The notes beneath the pieces were generated by a model, which was not told the DNA's origin, did no database searches, and worked only from the letters and a program-made list of their open reading frames with translations. From positions 361,621 to 425,620 of the forward strand of contig MNCI01002993.1 of assembly GCA_015680685.1 (NCBI GenBank): a stretch of DNA of 64,000 bases. The letters run 5' to 3'. The translations under genes and the position numbers were made by a program. This stretch comes from Gnetum montanum. Its lineage: Eukaryota; Plantae; Gnetophyta. Shown here in pieces: positions 1-13,221 of the stretch (its first letter is position 1; every line of letters starts with the position of its first letter).

Positions 1-300
1 GGCTATCCAAGATTAGGTTGAAGCTTGGCATCTCCTCTACAATGATGAACTTAGTAGTAGTGGGGAATTTTTCCCTTGCCACAAAGGCTATCATGAAAGT
101 TCCCCTAACAACAATGTGTAATCCATTGAAGGACTATAGGCATGTTGTTTTTATGGGCTTGATCTACTAAGCAAGGCCTAGTTTGTCAACAATGGTGTAT
201 GGGATGATGTTTGTTGCTACCCCATTGTCAACATGCACCCTATAGATATTGCATTGCCCAAAGTGTATTTGTAATGATTGATCCTTCTTAGTTTGGTGGA
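1..300 (-). pseudogene. Gypsy aspartic protease remnant
   Basis: Minus-strand translation gives RVHVDNGVATNIIP (D-x-G-S/A protease motif region) and PSFNLILD, the decayed segment leading into LGRPW. Contains stops. Confidence 0.75.
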
Positions 301-699
301 GAATGTAGTATTAATAGTTAGAAAATTTTTCCAAATTGTTTCTTCCATGCCCATCACATTTTGTAGCTACTAGCTTGACATAGAAATATTTGCAAAACTA
401 GCCTCTAGTGTTGACTAGGCTCTCTATTGAGCTAACTATGCTCTAGTGCAATGGAGAGCATAGTCCCAACACTTAAAACAAATTGGCAGCCTCTTGCTTC
501 ATGTTGACACTTAGGAAAAATTGCAATAACTTAGTCTTTAGAGCTAACTATGCTCTCCACTAGGCTAACTATGCTTTGATGCAGTGTAGAGTATAGTCCT
601 AGCACTTAGAAAGTGGCCTCATGATGACACTTGGGCAAATTTGTAGTCACGATGCAGTAGCACAAATTTGGTGGTATTTTAGATATTAAGTTTTCCCCT

Positions 700-2010
700 C
701 TTCTTCCATGCTAGGGATAGTATGCCAATATGGAAAACTATGTTGAAATAGATTTTTGCCTTTTCACATCATTTTTGGTCATGCATGTAGGTCCCTGAGG
801 TTGCTAGTGATCATTATCAATGTCTAATGTTAAAATTTTGCTATTTTGAAGGTTGATGAGTATGGTTTTATGATTTTTCACTTTTCCCATGCTAGGGCCT
901 TCATGCTCAACATGGAAAATTATGGGAAAATCTTTTCTAGCCATTTGTGATCACTTTTGGTCATGCATGCAAGCTTTTAGGGTTTCTAGTGTCAACTACT
1001 AACACCTAATGTTAAAATTTGGTCATTTCAAGGGTTATTAGGTAATTTATAGGCTTTCCCAATTTTTTACACATTAGGGCTTCTATGCTCAACATGAAAA
1101 ATTAGGGGGAAGGGCTTTCTAGCTTTTTATGGTTAATCTGGCTACACATGAGCATCCATAGGATTGTTGATGTTGGTTGTTAGTGTCTAAGGTTAAAATT
1201 TAGTTGTTTTGAAGGCTGTGAAGGGTTTTTCATGCTTTTCCCCTTCCATCCACATTTAAGGTGGAAGGATCAACATGGAAGATGTCTCCTTTAGTCAAGA
1301 AAGTTAGATCTAGGCCAAATCGATAGCCGATCAACCATGCATGTTAACCTATGGGGTTGTTGGTGTCGATGGTCAATGTTGGGCATCAAGATCCATAAGT
1401 TTGGATACTTCTAAGTGTCTCATTTAGTCTCCTCATTTTCCATGTTGGGCATGGTGGCCTCAACATGGATGAGAGAGGGATGGCAGTTTTGTACCATATT
1501 TGACCACTTGTGGAACTTTCGGAAGCTTCAAAGGGTTTCGGCAAGGTCTAGGGATCACCAGGCTTTGAAAAATGGCTGATTAGCAATTAATTTAGATCAT
1601 TTTTAACTTTCCCCTATCCATTCACACTGTGGGTGAGATGCTGGATGTGGATGCAACATTCCCTAGCATGAAAACACCAAATCCTAAAGTTTCAACTAGT
1701 TTTAACCAATTTTGACTAGGTTTGGAGGGGTTCTTGATGATGCGGGGCCTAATTTGAGGTCCAACTTGGGCTAGATGGGTGTTTGGAGGGTAAGGATGAA
1801 TGTTACCCCTTTTCTTCCACATTCGGAACAATTTCCTCAGTGTGGAAACCCATGGTATCTAGCTTCATTCATGTTTCACCCAGTTTTGGGAACCTAGGGT
1901 TGAAAAAGGTAGGTTTTGGTTACTAAAAATAGCAAAATAGATTTATTTTAATGAATTTTCAAAATAAGAGGCATGTTTCCACACTAAGCATGGTATCCCT
2001 AGCATGGATG
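700..2010. repeat. Degenerate tandem array, ~180 bp period, ~8 units, each with an inverted motif TTCCA(C/T)RYTR..N~15..YARYRTGGAA
   Basis: Motif cores at ~702, 882, 1065, 1245, 1436, 1620, 1812 and 1976, e.g. ttcccatgctagggccttcatgctcaacatggaaaa. Confidence 0.7.
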
Positions 2011-2466
2011 AATTGGAGTTAAGGTTGTAATGTGGTTTTTAAGTGTTAAAATTAGAAAAAAGGTCAACATTGATGCAATTTTTGATCAAGAGAGAAGGTG
2101 TAGGGAGGTGGCCACAATTCAAAAATTTAAAATTTTAAAAAGTGAAGTTGTCTCCCATCCAAAATCAATGTGAACTAGAATTTCCCATTTTTTCACTTTA
2201 GTGCACTTGGAGTTATGGTGCATTGAATTAGCAGCTAGGTTTTCAAGGTGTGCATTTAGGTTTTAGATGAGCTTTATATGTCAAATTTTGCAAGTTTTGA
2301 TTACAAATATCATTATACAACAAAAGTGCATTGGGGGAGAGCTTTGGGAGAGGGTTTTGTGGTAGAAGCAATATGACTTTACTATGAAAGCATTCCATCC
2401 TTCCAATACTCAACGTAGAACCTTCATCCTTCTCCTTTTCCAACTACACTTAGCGTTGAGCCTATC

Positions 2467-5400
2467 ATGGCCTCAGAGCAACGTGGAGAAAAGAGTAGGA
2501 ACCCTATGATCCAGAAGGTGGATGAAAATTCCTGGGTGCTAGAATAAGTACCCATGCCCATATCCATTCAGGCTTCTTTTGTTGCTATTCCAAGGTAGGC
2601 AATTCTACCTATTTTTTTCCTTTATTCTCTATTTTTTTCTAGTTTTTTACTTACTATGTGTTAAGGCCATTTTTTTCAGATCTACTATGGTGGAGGGATT
2701 AAAATATATTTTTGATGAAATCCCACCTGCTATTTTGGCAGCTTCCATATATATCTATAGTCATTTCATTGCTTTAGATTTTATAGATTTGATTTTTAAA
2801 ATTGGGCTTGTTGTTTCATGCTTTTCTCCAAAATTTTTGGTATGGCTATTTTTTCAAATCTAGGCCTTAGGATTTGTTAAAATTAAATTTCAAAAAAATC
2901 CTACCATATTATTTGGTGAAACTTTTAATGGGTTTCAATGGTTTGGGCTATTTCAACTATTTCTGTGGCTATATGAAATCTAGGTTTTGAGGTTTTTGAA
3001 GTTTTGTCATGAAAAAGTAAGCAATGTTTTATATTTTTTCTTGTGGGAATGTCTTCACATTTGTGAAATTAAATGTTATGGGTTTTTAGAAATTCTATTA
3101 GGCTTTCTAATTGATATTGTCTCATTTAGTTTAGATTCATAACAATGAAGTTATGGCTATTTTCCTAACATTNNNNNNNNNNNNNNNNNNNNNNNNNNNN
3201 NNNNNNNNNNNNNNNNNNNNNNNNNNNNNNNNNNNNNNNNNNNNNNNNNNNNNNNNNNNNNNNNNNNNNNNNNNNNNNNNNNNNNNNNNNNNNNNNNNNN
3301 NNNNNNNNNNNNNNNNNNNNNNNNNNNNNNNNNNNNNNNNNNNNNNNNNNNNNNNNNNNNNNNNNNNNNNNNNNNNNNNNNNNNNNNNNNNNNNNNNNNN
3401 NNNNNNNNNNNNNNNNNNNNNNNNNNNNNNNNNNNNNNNNNNNNNNNNNNNNNNNNNNNNNNNNNNNNNNNNNNNNNNNNNNNNNNNNNNNNNNNNNNNN
3501 NNNNNNNNNNNNNNNNNNNNNNNNNCTAAATGAATTTTTAAAGAATTTTTTGGCTATGGCTATGTGAACAAGGAAAAATTATGGTCATAGCACACTACCC
3601 ATTTGGAGATAGAAGTTGTTGATATGTATAACTTATGTTTTTATTTTTTCATCATGTAAAACTAATGCATAATTTTTTTTTAAAGAAGAGTAAAATATTT
3701 TTCTATTTTTAGGAAGCTTTTACTATGGCTGCATGGCTTTTTCTAAGTTTATGATGCTTTTTCCAAATTTGTGCATAGTTTAGATGTTTTTTCTAGATTT
3801 ATGCATGCTTTGCATAATTTAGATGTTTTTTTCTAAAATTATTCTTGCTTTTTTCTAAATTTATGCATAATTTAGATGCTATTTTCTAAATTTATGCATA
3901 ACTTAGACCAAGCTTTAGTTCTAGCTATAATCCTATGGCTGTGATATTTTGGTTATGGTAATAATGCTTTTATTGGATTTCTTAAGCTAATTTAGATAAA
4001 TGTCTTAGATATTTTTATAGAGGCTAATTTCACTTTCGACTAGATGTTTTTTTGAAATTTCCTAAGTAATTCCAATTGGTCATAATGTTTTTACTTGACT
4101 TTATGTAGGGTTTTCTTGAGGCCTTTCCTCATCATAGTGGTCTTATTCTACATTGGTCATCCCAATACTAACACCCTATCACATGACATGCCTTTTAGGA
4201 AGCTGTCATTATGGTTTTGGCCTAGGATAAGGAATTTCCATGCCTACATCCTTAGGAACTTCAGTGTGATGCTGTGGTCACACTTGTCCATAAATGTAGC
4301 TGGAATTGTTGTGGAGACCCTATTACCTTGGGTGTCTAGCTTGATCGTTAGATTGATTACTAATAAGCCACCCCCTAAGACAACAGGTTGACAAGAAAAT
4401 TCCATAAGCCCACGTTACCTTATGGAGATATGGATGATGCCAAAGTATAGTTGGTATAATACTAACAATACTCTGATGGTTGTGCATAGAGCTCACACAT
4501 TATTCTAGAACCTAATTGGCACCATGTATCATCTTGAAGGGTAAGCATGGTTATTGTAATGCTTTTGTGCTTTTAGCTTGACTACCTTGCATAACGTCAT
4601 TCAATTTTACAACTTCTTGTAGGTACAAGATCAATGATCAAGGTTTGATCATCAATGATCAAATTTTGGCGCTGGCTCAAATTGCTTTGGACGAATTCAC
4701 CAAGAGTCATCAAATTAGAATTATTGTGTATTAGTAGTTAAGAGGGAACTTTGATGCATACACCACCAGGTTTAACCATTTATACAAGAAGTATAAGGAT
4801 GATGGACTAGTGAGCATATTTTGACAACTCCATGGATCAAACCCTTGTAGTTGGAACCTCTACATTGAAGAAGAAAAGGAAAGGTAAACATAAAGACTAT
4901 CATTTTTAGTGTTTCATGGATTTAAGTGTTTTATTACTTTTCCTAGTTGTTAAAATTGCTCATGTTGATGCTAAAATTTTGGCTATTGCTTCATAGGACC
5001 TTCCAGCTTAGTTGATGTTACTATATCACTTTCAAGTTTATGTCATGAGGATACCCTCATTCTAAATTTTGGTGAGGTAACATCAGCATAGGAGTGGTTA
5101 AAGGAATAGGTGCCTAGTTATGTTCAATTAAACAACCAGCATGCAAGTTTTCTCAATGTAGTTGTGGCACCTATCCCTTTCATTCTTGCTACAAAGATGT
5201 TGCATGTCATTGACTCCTTCAATGAAAAGGTTAGTCATTTTAGCACCATCATCCAAGGTGTTAAGATAAACATGGATGTAGATGTAGGCCTCATCCGTGA
5301 CTTGTTGGGTGTCCCTACTGATAGGGCAAAGGTTTCCACCAGAACATTAAGGGAAGTTGATCATTACGATGAAGTTCTAGAATGGCTTGGTACCAACATG

Positions 5401-7640
5401 GGCCACTCTAAAATTTCAATGAATAGCTTCAAAAACCCTGATGCAAAGGAATCATATCCTTTGTTCAAGTCTCATGCATTTCCTAATCTATTATCATAAA
5501 AGAAGGTAATTGGCATAGCACAAGGATGAACCTTTAAGAAAATTTTAATGGAGGACATCAAATTTAATTGGATGGCTAAATTGGCTACTGGGCTTCAAGA
5601 GGAGATCCTTAGACTTCATGTTGATACCTATGTGATAATCCATATGTACCTTGCATTTTTTGCAAGTTATTTGAAGAGGTTTGCAAAGTTTCTAGTGGTG
5701 TATAGGAACGGACAATGTGTTTCTCAAGACCCAAGCCAACTTTCTAGGCCTTGGATAAAGTACATTTATCCAACAATGTGGTCTAGAACCCACCAAAGGG
5801 GATAGAAGATATGTTATCCATCACCACTAAGAATCTCGATGTTAGGAAGTATGAGTCTCCTAATAGTACTAATGATGATGAGCCTCTCACATTTCCTGCT
5901 AGTGTCTAGAATGCTAGATGATGATGTATGGAGGTTGAAGGAGTAGCTAGGGAGAACCTCAAGAGACTTATGGAGGAGGCATCCCTAGCATCAAACCAAC
6001 CTACCCTAAAGATGCTTAAGTTTAAGCTTAGGCCATGATAGTAGGTAGTTACAAGTATTCTTTGTTTAAATTTAGCTATTTTGTGTTTTAAAGTTTATGG
6101 CTACTTTATGGTTTCATGTGTTAACTAGTTTTCTATGTGCTATGGTTGTATATAAGTGTTAAGCTATGGTAGCCAAAGTTACTATAGAGGGAAAACAAGA
6201 GCATGTAGAAGAGGCACTCTTAAAGAAGCCTATGATTGAAGGGCTTGCCAATGCAAATATGAATGATCTAGATGCCTTTTTTGGTGAGGTAGTACTAGGT
6301 ACATTCCCCATCATCATCCTTGAGGAGAAAGAGGAGGAGGAGTGAGGTATGCCTATGGCTTAATATTTTTGTTATATCTCATTGTTTAACTTTGGTTTTC
6401 ATCCTAACCTTTCAATGATTGTTATGATTATAGTAGTTCTTGAACCACTAGCACAAGCTCTTTTCCCTAAGTTTCATGTGAAATCATTGGTAGGGACTCT
6501 AGACAAAGTGAAATTCATGCATGGAATGGCTAATAACATCATTGATCAGTTGCATCAGGTTGCACCCAAGATAGGTAAGGATTTTATTTTACATGTTTTA
6601 GTTGTAGGCTTTGATTTCATTATGGCTATCTTAATTTGTGAATTATGTTTTATGGTTGTATTTTATGCTTATGGAGGGGGACTCCTTGCCTAAGCTTCCC
6701 TTTAATATATCTAGTGTATCCTTGAAGTTGTATGAGAATACTACTGATCTAGCAATGTCATGTGTAAAAACTTCATGGAAGCCAAAGACGTCCAACAAAT
6801 TCCTATGGGAGGAAGTTGTGGCCCTGTGGGAGAATACTCAATGCTAGGCGGAGACAATTTGAGATCTTTGAGATCTTAAGGCCTTTGTGGAAGCCCAAGT
6901 GACTAACTCAGGGGATTTTTAGACTAGGGAGATCACATGGGCCTGCTACTAGCATGTCATTCAAGACAAAGTAGCAGTCCTATAGAAGATGGTGGAAAAA
7001 TGTATGTAGATGGATCTCATCTCCCAGAAGATTAAGGATTGGAAGGATCACTATGCTTGGGTCCTAGAGTAGGGCAAGATACAAAAGGCCATAAGTGATA
7101 GTACAAGGTAGATCATGGGGCCTATGTAAAGTGGCTTAAGTAGGAGTTGGTTGAATGATGCAAGAGAGAGTTATTCATGGAGGGGATCTAGGTAGAGAGT
7201 GTTTATAAACTTTTTGAAAGTACTCTCAAGGTGGAGAAATCCAATTCTCTTCAAATTACCAGTGCTATAGGTAAGACCTCTGCAGCTACTACTACCTAGG
7301 AGCCTCTTACTTGGACTCATATGGATAAGACTAGAATTCTCTTTGGCATTGATCTTGGGGATGTTGACTGGGTTAACATGACAAAGGACCAAATCCTTTA
7401 TCATTTGGAGGAAGGCCTTTCCCATCTATCCCTAGAAGTAATGGAGTTGGAATCTCCATAGGTTTGATCTATTTTATGTTTTAGTTTTTGTTTCAAGTCA
7501 TGATTTTGACTATGGGTTACTAACTAGCTATATGTTTTTGCATTTTAGGCATTAGGAGACATTGGTGGCCCCAACGGCGAGGGTGGGAATGATGCACCAT
7601 TTCCTCCTCTAGATGCCACTCAATAGCCTCATTCAGTTTA
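2467..7640 (+). pseudogene. Spliced accessory gene of element 1, antisense to gag-pol, ~8 exons, decayed
   Basis: Candidate ATG at 2467. GT..AG introns at ~2595-4108, 4541-4622, 4884-4996, ~6045-6187, 6347-6433, 6575-~6672 and 7462-7548. Exon peptides (ORFs 4095, 5110, 5548, 6382) are homologous to minus-strand ORFs 38492, 23859 and 22708 of element 2. Confidence 0.7.
3173..3525. other. Assembly gap (Ns)
   Basis: Run of n characters. Confidence 1.
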
Positions 7641-7919
7641 GCTTGTTGACTATTTGTTGTTGTTTTTATGTTAATAGCTATGATTAGCCAACACTATGTT
7701 ATAGATGGTTGTTGTTCTTTGACATTCTTACCACACATTGTGGCCATGGCTATGTATGTTATGGACATTTTAACTTTAAATTTAAATTTTGATTTTATTT
7801 TTGGCTATATGTATCTATAGTAGTAGTAAATGATTCAAACATTGAGAATATCTACATTGACATTTTAGTTATAACATTAAATGGCTAATTGAAAAAAACA
7901 AGTGTAATAATAAACAAGA

Positions 7920-8130
7920 TGTTTGCTAGTTTTAGGCCATCATAGGCATAGGTTATATTGTGCGATTGTGGCCACATTGCTAGTTTAAGGCCATGGTGAA
8001 CCATAATACTAGTTTAAAGTCTTAGCAGATTGATTTGTGTGAATATCTTTGCTAGTTTAAGGCCATGGAAGGCCATAATGCTAGTTTAAAGTCTTAGTGG
8101 ATTATAATGCCAGTTTAACATCTTAGTGGA
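7920..8130. repeat. Short tandem repeats ctagttt(t/a)aggccat / ctagtttaaagtcttag
   Basis: About 6 copies. The reverse-complement motif atggcctaaaactg recurs at 21208-21245, the equivalent position in element 2. Confidence 0.7.
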
Positions 8131-8599
8131 TGGGGTTGTAAAAAATACATATATTTATAATGATTTTTTAATGTTTATAACATAATAAAGAAAGGCTGTA
8201 GTAAGCAAGTAAAAATGCAAACAAACTTAGGCTACATGCATAAGTTGCATGCATAAAGATTAAAATAACAAATGTATAAAAAGATATAATAAACTATAAA
8301 AGAAAAGTAAGGCTACATGGTTATTAGTGCATTTGGTCATAGATGCATGGAAAGGTTAAGGAAAACTTCACTTATGAAAATTATTCCTAATCTTTGCAAG
8401 ATTAGGAAGTAAGTAAGGCCTACTTTATACAAGCTTATATTTTCCATCCCCTTCTCTTACGATGTTAAAAGGAAGTTCATCCCATAATGTATCCTATTTC
8501 TTATCACTGTCATCATTGGCTTTCTTGGGTTTTTGCTCTTCATGGCAAGGAGTTTCTTCTTGAATCTCTACTTTGGAGCCCTACTCTATGTATGTTTTT

Positions 8600-9100
8600 A
8601 ACAATTAGGTGAACTGTGTTATCATCATGAATGATGATTTCACCTCCTTTGTAAAAGGTAAATTTCTTGATGGATGGGAGAGAATGTAGCTTGTAATTGA
8701 TCCAACCAAGATCTTCCTAGGATCAAGTTGAATCCTGGTATCTCTTCCACTGTCAAGAAATTGGTGGTTGTGGGGAATTGTACCTAGGCTACAAAATCCA
8801 AGGAGATAGACCGCTTGACAGAAACTCTTGATCCATTGAAGGGCTTAAGAGTTGTAGTAGTTATAGTTTGTATTTACTCAGTTAGGCCTAAGCATTCAAC
8901 GATGGTGCATGGGATGACATTCATTGTGGATTCATCATCAACATGCACCCAATGCATTTTAAATTTTCCTATGTATATGGTTATGAATAAAGGGGTTGTA
9001 GTTACTTTGCTGTTTTGGGGACTCACTGTAATTTCTCTATTGCAAAATACAAGGCATGTTGTCTTCAACTCGTTTGATGAGGGAGGAACCATAATTGCAT
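8600..9100 (-). pseudogene. Gypsy aspartic protease remnant (element 1)
   Basis: ORF 8874-9092 reads PLFITIYIGKFKMHWVHVDDESTMNVIP. Downstream FNLILGRSWLD matches the LGRPW motif. Confidence 0.85.
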
Positions 9101-9749
9101 GGATGAATTCCTAATTAGTGGAGATATCCTCACTAATGGGGATGGAAGTCAACAATTTGACTAGCATCTCATGGTATGTGGTGAAATTTATGATCAGGGC
9201 ATATAAGCTTAGAGTTCTATTTTTTTCTTGAGGGATTGCTTGACTTGATCCATTGTACTGAGGAATTTTTTATTGTTGGCTATGGGCTTATCACCCCAAT
9301 TGTGTTTTACTTCCTCCATGCATCCTAACATGCAAACATTGGTCCTAGGTTGTGGTTGTTGAGGTTCTTCCTTGTTGTATTGGTTTTAGGCTTTTTAGTC
9401 CTCCTATGGCTTGCTAGTTGAAGGGGTTAGGGAAAAGGCGGTCATGGGTATAGCTAAAATGGAAGTGGACTTTGGTGGACCCACTTCCTTTTGTGCCTCT
9501 ATCTACTTGTCTCCCTTATTATTAGGCTTTTTCTTATGCTTCTTATTTTGTTTGGCTGAAGTTTTTTGGTTGTTAGCCATTGGCTGTGAGGAAGAGGTAG
9601 TAGCATTAGCTACCATAGGAGATCATTTTGTAGTTGTTTTGGCTATGGCTAGTTGGGTTATATTGGGTTTGGAAATCTTGATCATAAAAAATTCCCTTAG
9701 AGATACTCATGATGATACTTTTATGACAAAAGGAGTTCTTAATTTGTGG

Positions 9750-11950
9750 GAAGTTGAAGAAGCCCTTTCATTGTAGAGGGATAGTTGAATCATGAATGGT
9801 TCTCTTGAAAGTCTCTAATCATCATCAATGTTGAATGTTGAAATAACATAAGGGCTATCATTAGCATTCAACAAGTCCTTGTAGACTTGCATTGACTAGT
9901 TTTGTGGCTAAACTGAGTTAGAAGCATCTATGACTAGCTCCTTGCCTATCTATCATCCTTTGTAGGTCATCCTTTAGTGAAAGGTAGAAGTTTATGTCAT
10001 GACCAAGTAGTTGATGATAATGGAAAAAGTGTTCTAGCTTGTAGTATCTAGGTAACCAAGGATCATCCTTCATTTCTCAAGTGGGATCCTTGGCTATTTT
10101 GCATAGCCACTCATGTTTCTTTCAAGTGGCTTCGATCATTTGTTTGTGTTGCATGTGCCTACATTTTAATGTTGGTCTAGAAACTCTAATGGTTTTAATG
10201 GTAGCATAGTGTATTTGGACCCATCATTCCTTTTGAAGTTAGGTCTAGTTGTTGTTGATGCAGTGCCCCAAAAGTTGGCAGTTAGTTATTGTGATCATTA
10301 GTAGGGGCCTTGGGTGGATTGGCCTTTAACCCTTGGTTTGTAGTCTTTATTTTTTTTGTCATAGTTGCTATAGTTGTGTTTTTTTATTTACTCTTTTCTT
10401 TGTCTCTTCGAGTGTATTGGTTTTTATATGCCATATAGGCTACATCATGATTGGCCTCTGTAGCATCCTCTATATTTTTAGTCTTAGAGAATACTTGACT
10501 GAGGGACCACGAGTCAAGGTAGTAGAGTTTAGACTCATGAAGTCATTAACTACTCCCTTAAATATGGCTAAAAAGTGGGCTTCAACTATAGGCTCTAGTA
10601 TTTCATTCAGTAGTTCATTCCATCACTAGATGAACTTCTGTATAGGTTTTAAGTACCCTTGCTTGACCTTCATGAGTTGGTTAAGCATTGTGTTAGGCTT
10701 CAAGTTATACTTGAAGTAGTTGAGAAACTAGGCTAATAAGTCCTCTAAAGAGGATATGGACCCTCTAGGTAATGCATGATACCAATCAAGTGCTTTTCTA
10801 ATCAAAGACATAGGAAAAATCCTCATGATGATACAAGGCCATGGCTACAAGAGTAAACATTTAGATTGAAAGGTAATAAGGTGAGCATTAGGGTCACCTT
10901 TTTCCATTATATTTACTAAATTGGGGAATAGAAACACCAAGAGTAAGTGTCAAGTATGGGACTAAAGGACTTATGAGACCATCCTTGTAGAAGTTCATAA
11001 TCTTGAAAGTTTGTGAAGTAGAGGCTTTAAGTCTCTTCAACTCCTTTGTTAGGCCTTGGATCATCTAGAAGGCTTGATCTAGATCATATGATGGCCTTGT
11101 TGGTTGTAGGGTTTGCACATATGATTGTGGCATCTATTGTCAGGCTTGTGGCCTTACTATGGCTTGCATGATGGAAGAAAGAGGTTGTGTCACAATCGTA
11201 GCTTGTGGGCCAAAAAAAGAAAAATATTTTTGTGTTGCTACTTGAGACAAAAATGGGACAAATGGGATGTGTGATTCTTGTGTTGCTTGGGATCCCCTGG
11301 ATGATCCCACATGAGTAGTTAATAGATTTGTCATGGTAAAAACCACTATCAATGGTTTTATGTATCAATACTACATTGTAAATGACATTGATGTGTTAGA
11401 TTTTTTTGTTTGTGGCATTGGCTGAGTTTGATGTGTGGCTATAACTAGCATGGGATTTGCCATAGTAGGATAGGAAGGAGTGGAAGATGGTGGCATCATG
11501 TCCATGGAGAAAACAAAAGCATTAGAGAAATGTGTTGTGATCTTGGGGGATGTTTGTTGGAACAACCCTCGCAAGATAATATCACACTTAGATTCTACCT
11601 TAAATTCATCCTCCTCTTCCTATTATTCCTCAAAGCTATGCTTGTCATATTTCTCTTCCATGGAAATCAATTAGGCTAGGATGCTAGCATAGATGCCATT
11701 AAGGGAAATTTGATCATATGGGGAAGAGATGTACTCCTTCCTACTTCTATGTATGAGCTCAAAATTCCTCTTGGCCTTTGCTTCAATACATGGAATTAGC
11801 ATGCCTGCCTATATTTTAGCACAAATGAAGTTGTAAAAATCTTCATGTATGGCTGAAAAATTAAGACTTTTCTCTTTGATCCTCACAGATCACCTACACT
11901 CAATGATGGTATGGTCTTTGGGATCATAGACCCTCATGGCTTGTTGGCTA
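9750..11950 (-). pseudogene. Gypsy gag remnant (element 1)
   Basis: GKGDPNAHLITF (~10870-10910) and IFPMSLIRKALDWYHALPRGSISSLEDLLA*FLNYFK (~10710-10820) match the Retrotrans_gag domain. FHYHQLLGHDINFYLSLK (~9975-10030) is a decayed Tat/Ogre-type zinc knuckle. Confidence 0.85.
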
Positions 11951-12259
11951 TGATCTTCGCCATAGAGGGTGAAGGCCAATTTGGTGGATTATTAGAAAGA
12001 CATGGCTATAGTGTTGAGAATAGCTTAAAAATTGGATATAAATGGTAAAATAGAAGTAAATTCCAGTGAATTTAATTCAAAAAATTTTAAAGAAAATGAA
12101 AATAGCAAACAATTAGGTACTTACTATAATTAGTAAGTGGGAGGATAAGAGGGGTTTTCCCCTTACCAAGAATGAAAAGTTGGAAATGTTGGTTTCAATC
12201 CTCATCCAAGTTGGCCTTGCAACTACCTCTATGTTGGGTGTGAAAAGGGGAAAATGAAG

Positions 12260-13050
12260 GAGGATGAGATAATGGAAATATCACACCTTTTAAGTCAATT
12301 TTGATGAAGGGGAAGGCTGAAAATCAGAGTGAAAAGATTGGGTTTTCCTACTAAAAATTGGTTTTAACAAGATGCCAATTCTCTCAACTTGAAAAAATTA
12401 GGAGAAGCTAACTTCTGGAAGTTTGGTAATTTTTGGAAGAGTTACACCCCTCACTTTAGAGACTAAAATAAAATTGGTAGTAAAAAGCAAAAGGATGGAA
12501 AAGCTTAAACATTGGCCTTGTAAAGAAAAAAATTTCACAACAAGTGTTATGGAAACTTATCACCCAACCACCTGTAGCATCCACACTATAGTTTTTTATG
12601 AGTTTCAACTACAATAATATGGAAAAAGGCTTTCAATTTGTAATGTTGGTTTTGGAGAAGATGGTGTTAAGCCTTTCCTATGATGGACTTTCTAATTGCT
12701 TCTATGTTGCATATGGTAGGGGAGAAGAGTTGGGGGTGAGATAATGGGAATCTCACACCTCTTAACCCAATGTTGATAAGGGGAAAAGACTAAAAAATGA
12801 AAGTGAAATGTTTGTGCTTCTCCACTAAAATTAGTTTTAGAGAGTTGCCAATTGTCTTAGCTTGGAAAAATGGAAAAAAGCCAACTTATAGAAGAGTTGA
12901 ACCACCCACTTTAGAAACTAGAGAATAAAATATTGGTAGTAGAAAGAAAAAATAAGGGGGGAGGAGATATTAATGCTAGATTTGGGCTATACAATTCATA
13001 GCAAGTGTTGTGAAAATCCAACACCCAACCACTTGTAACTTCCATGTTGT
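12260..13050. repeat. Direct duplication (~470 bp offset) in the 5' UTR of element 1
   Basis: gagataatggaaatatcacacc at ~12267 matches gagataatgggaatctcacacc at ~12738. Similarity continues to cacccaaccac(c/t)tgta. Confidence 0.75.
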
Positions 13051-13193
13051 GATTTTGGTCAGAGAGGGAGGGCAGGGGAAAGATCAACATTGATTCTTCA
13101 AGGATTTTGACTATAAAAAATCAAAGAAAATTTTGCCAATGGCCATGTTGGTAATGGAGAAGAATAGATCTAGCCAGAAAATTTGGGAAAAGT

Positions 13194-13210
13194 CCCTCCT
13201 TCTAGCACCA
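13194..13210 (-). promoter_or_regulatory. Primer binding site complementary to the plant tRNA-Asn(GUU) 3' end
   Basis: Minus strand TGGTGCTAGAAGGAGGG, a CpG-decayed TGGCGCTAGAAGGAGGG, close to the LTR end. Confidence 0.8.
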
Positions 13211-13221
13211 ACAAAAACTAT

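Noticed and set aside
3153-3533. 126 aa ORF in the track
   Set aside because: Artefact of the N gap.
2467-7640. Host gene merely surrounded by TEs
   Set aside because: A homolog occurs in the same antisense position, next to the same array type, in a second gypsy element, and both are decayed like the surrounding TE sequence.
13194-13210. tRNA-Asn gene fragment on + strand
   Set aside because: Only the 3' 17 nt including CCA, next to an LTR; this is a PBS.
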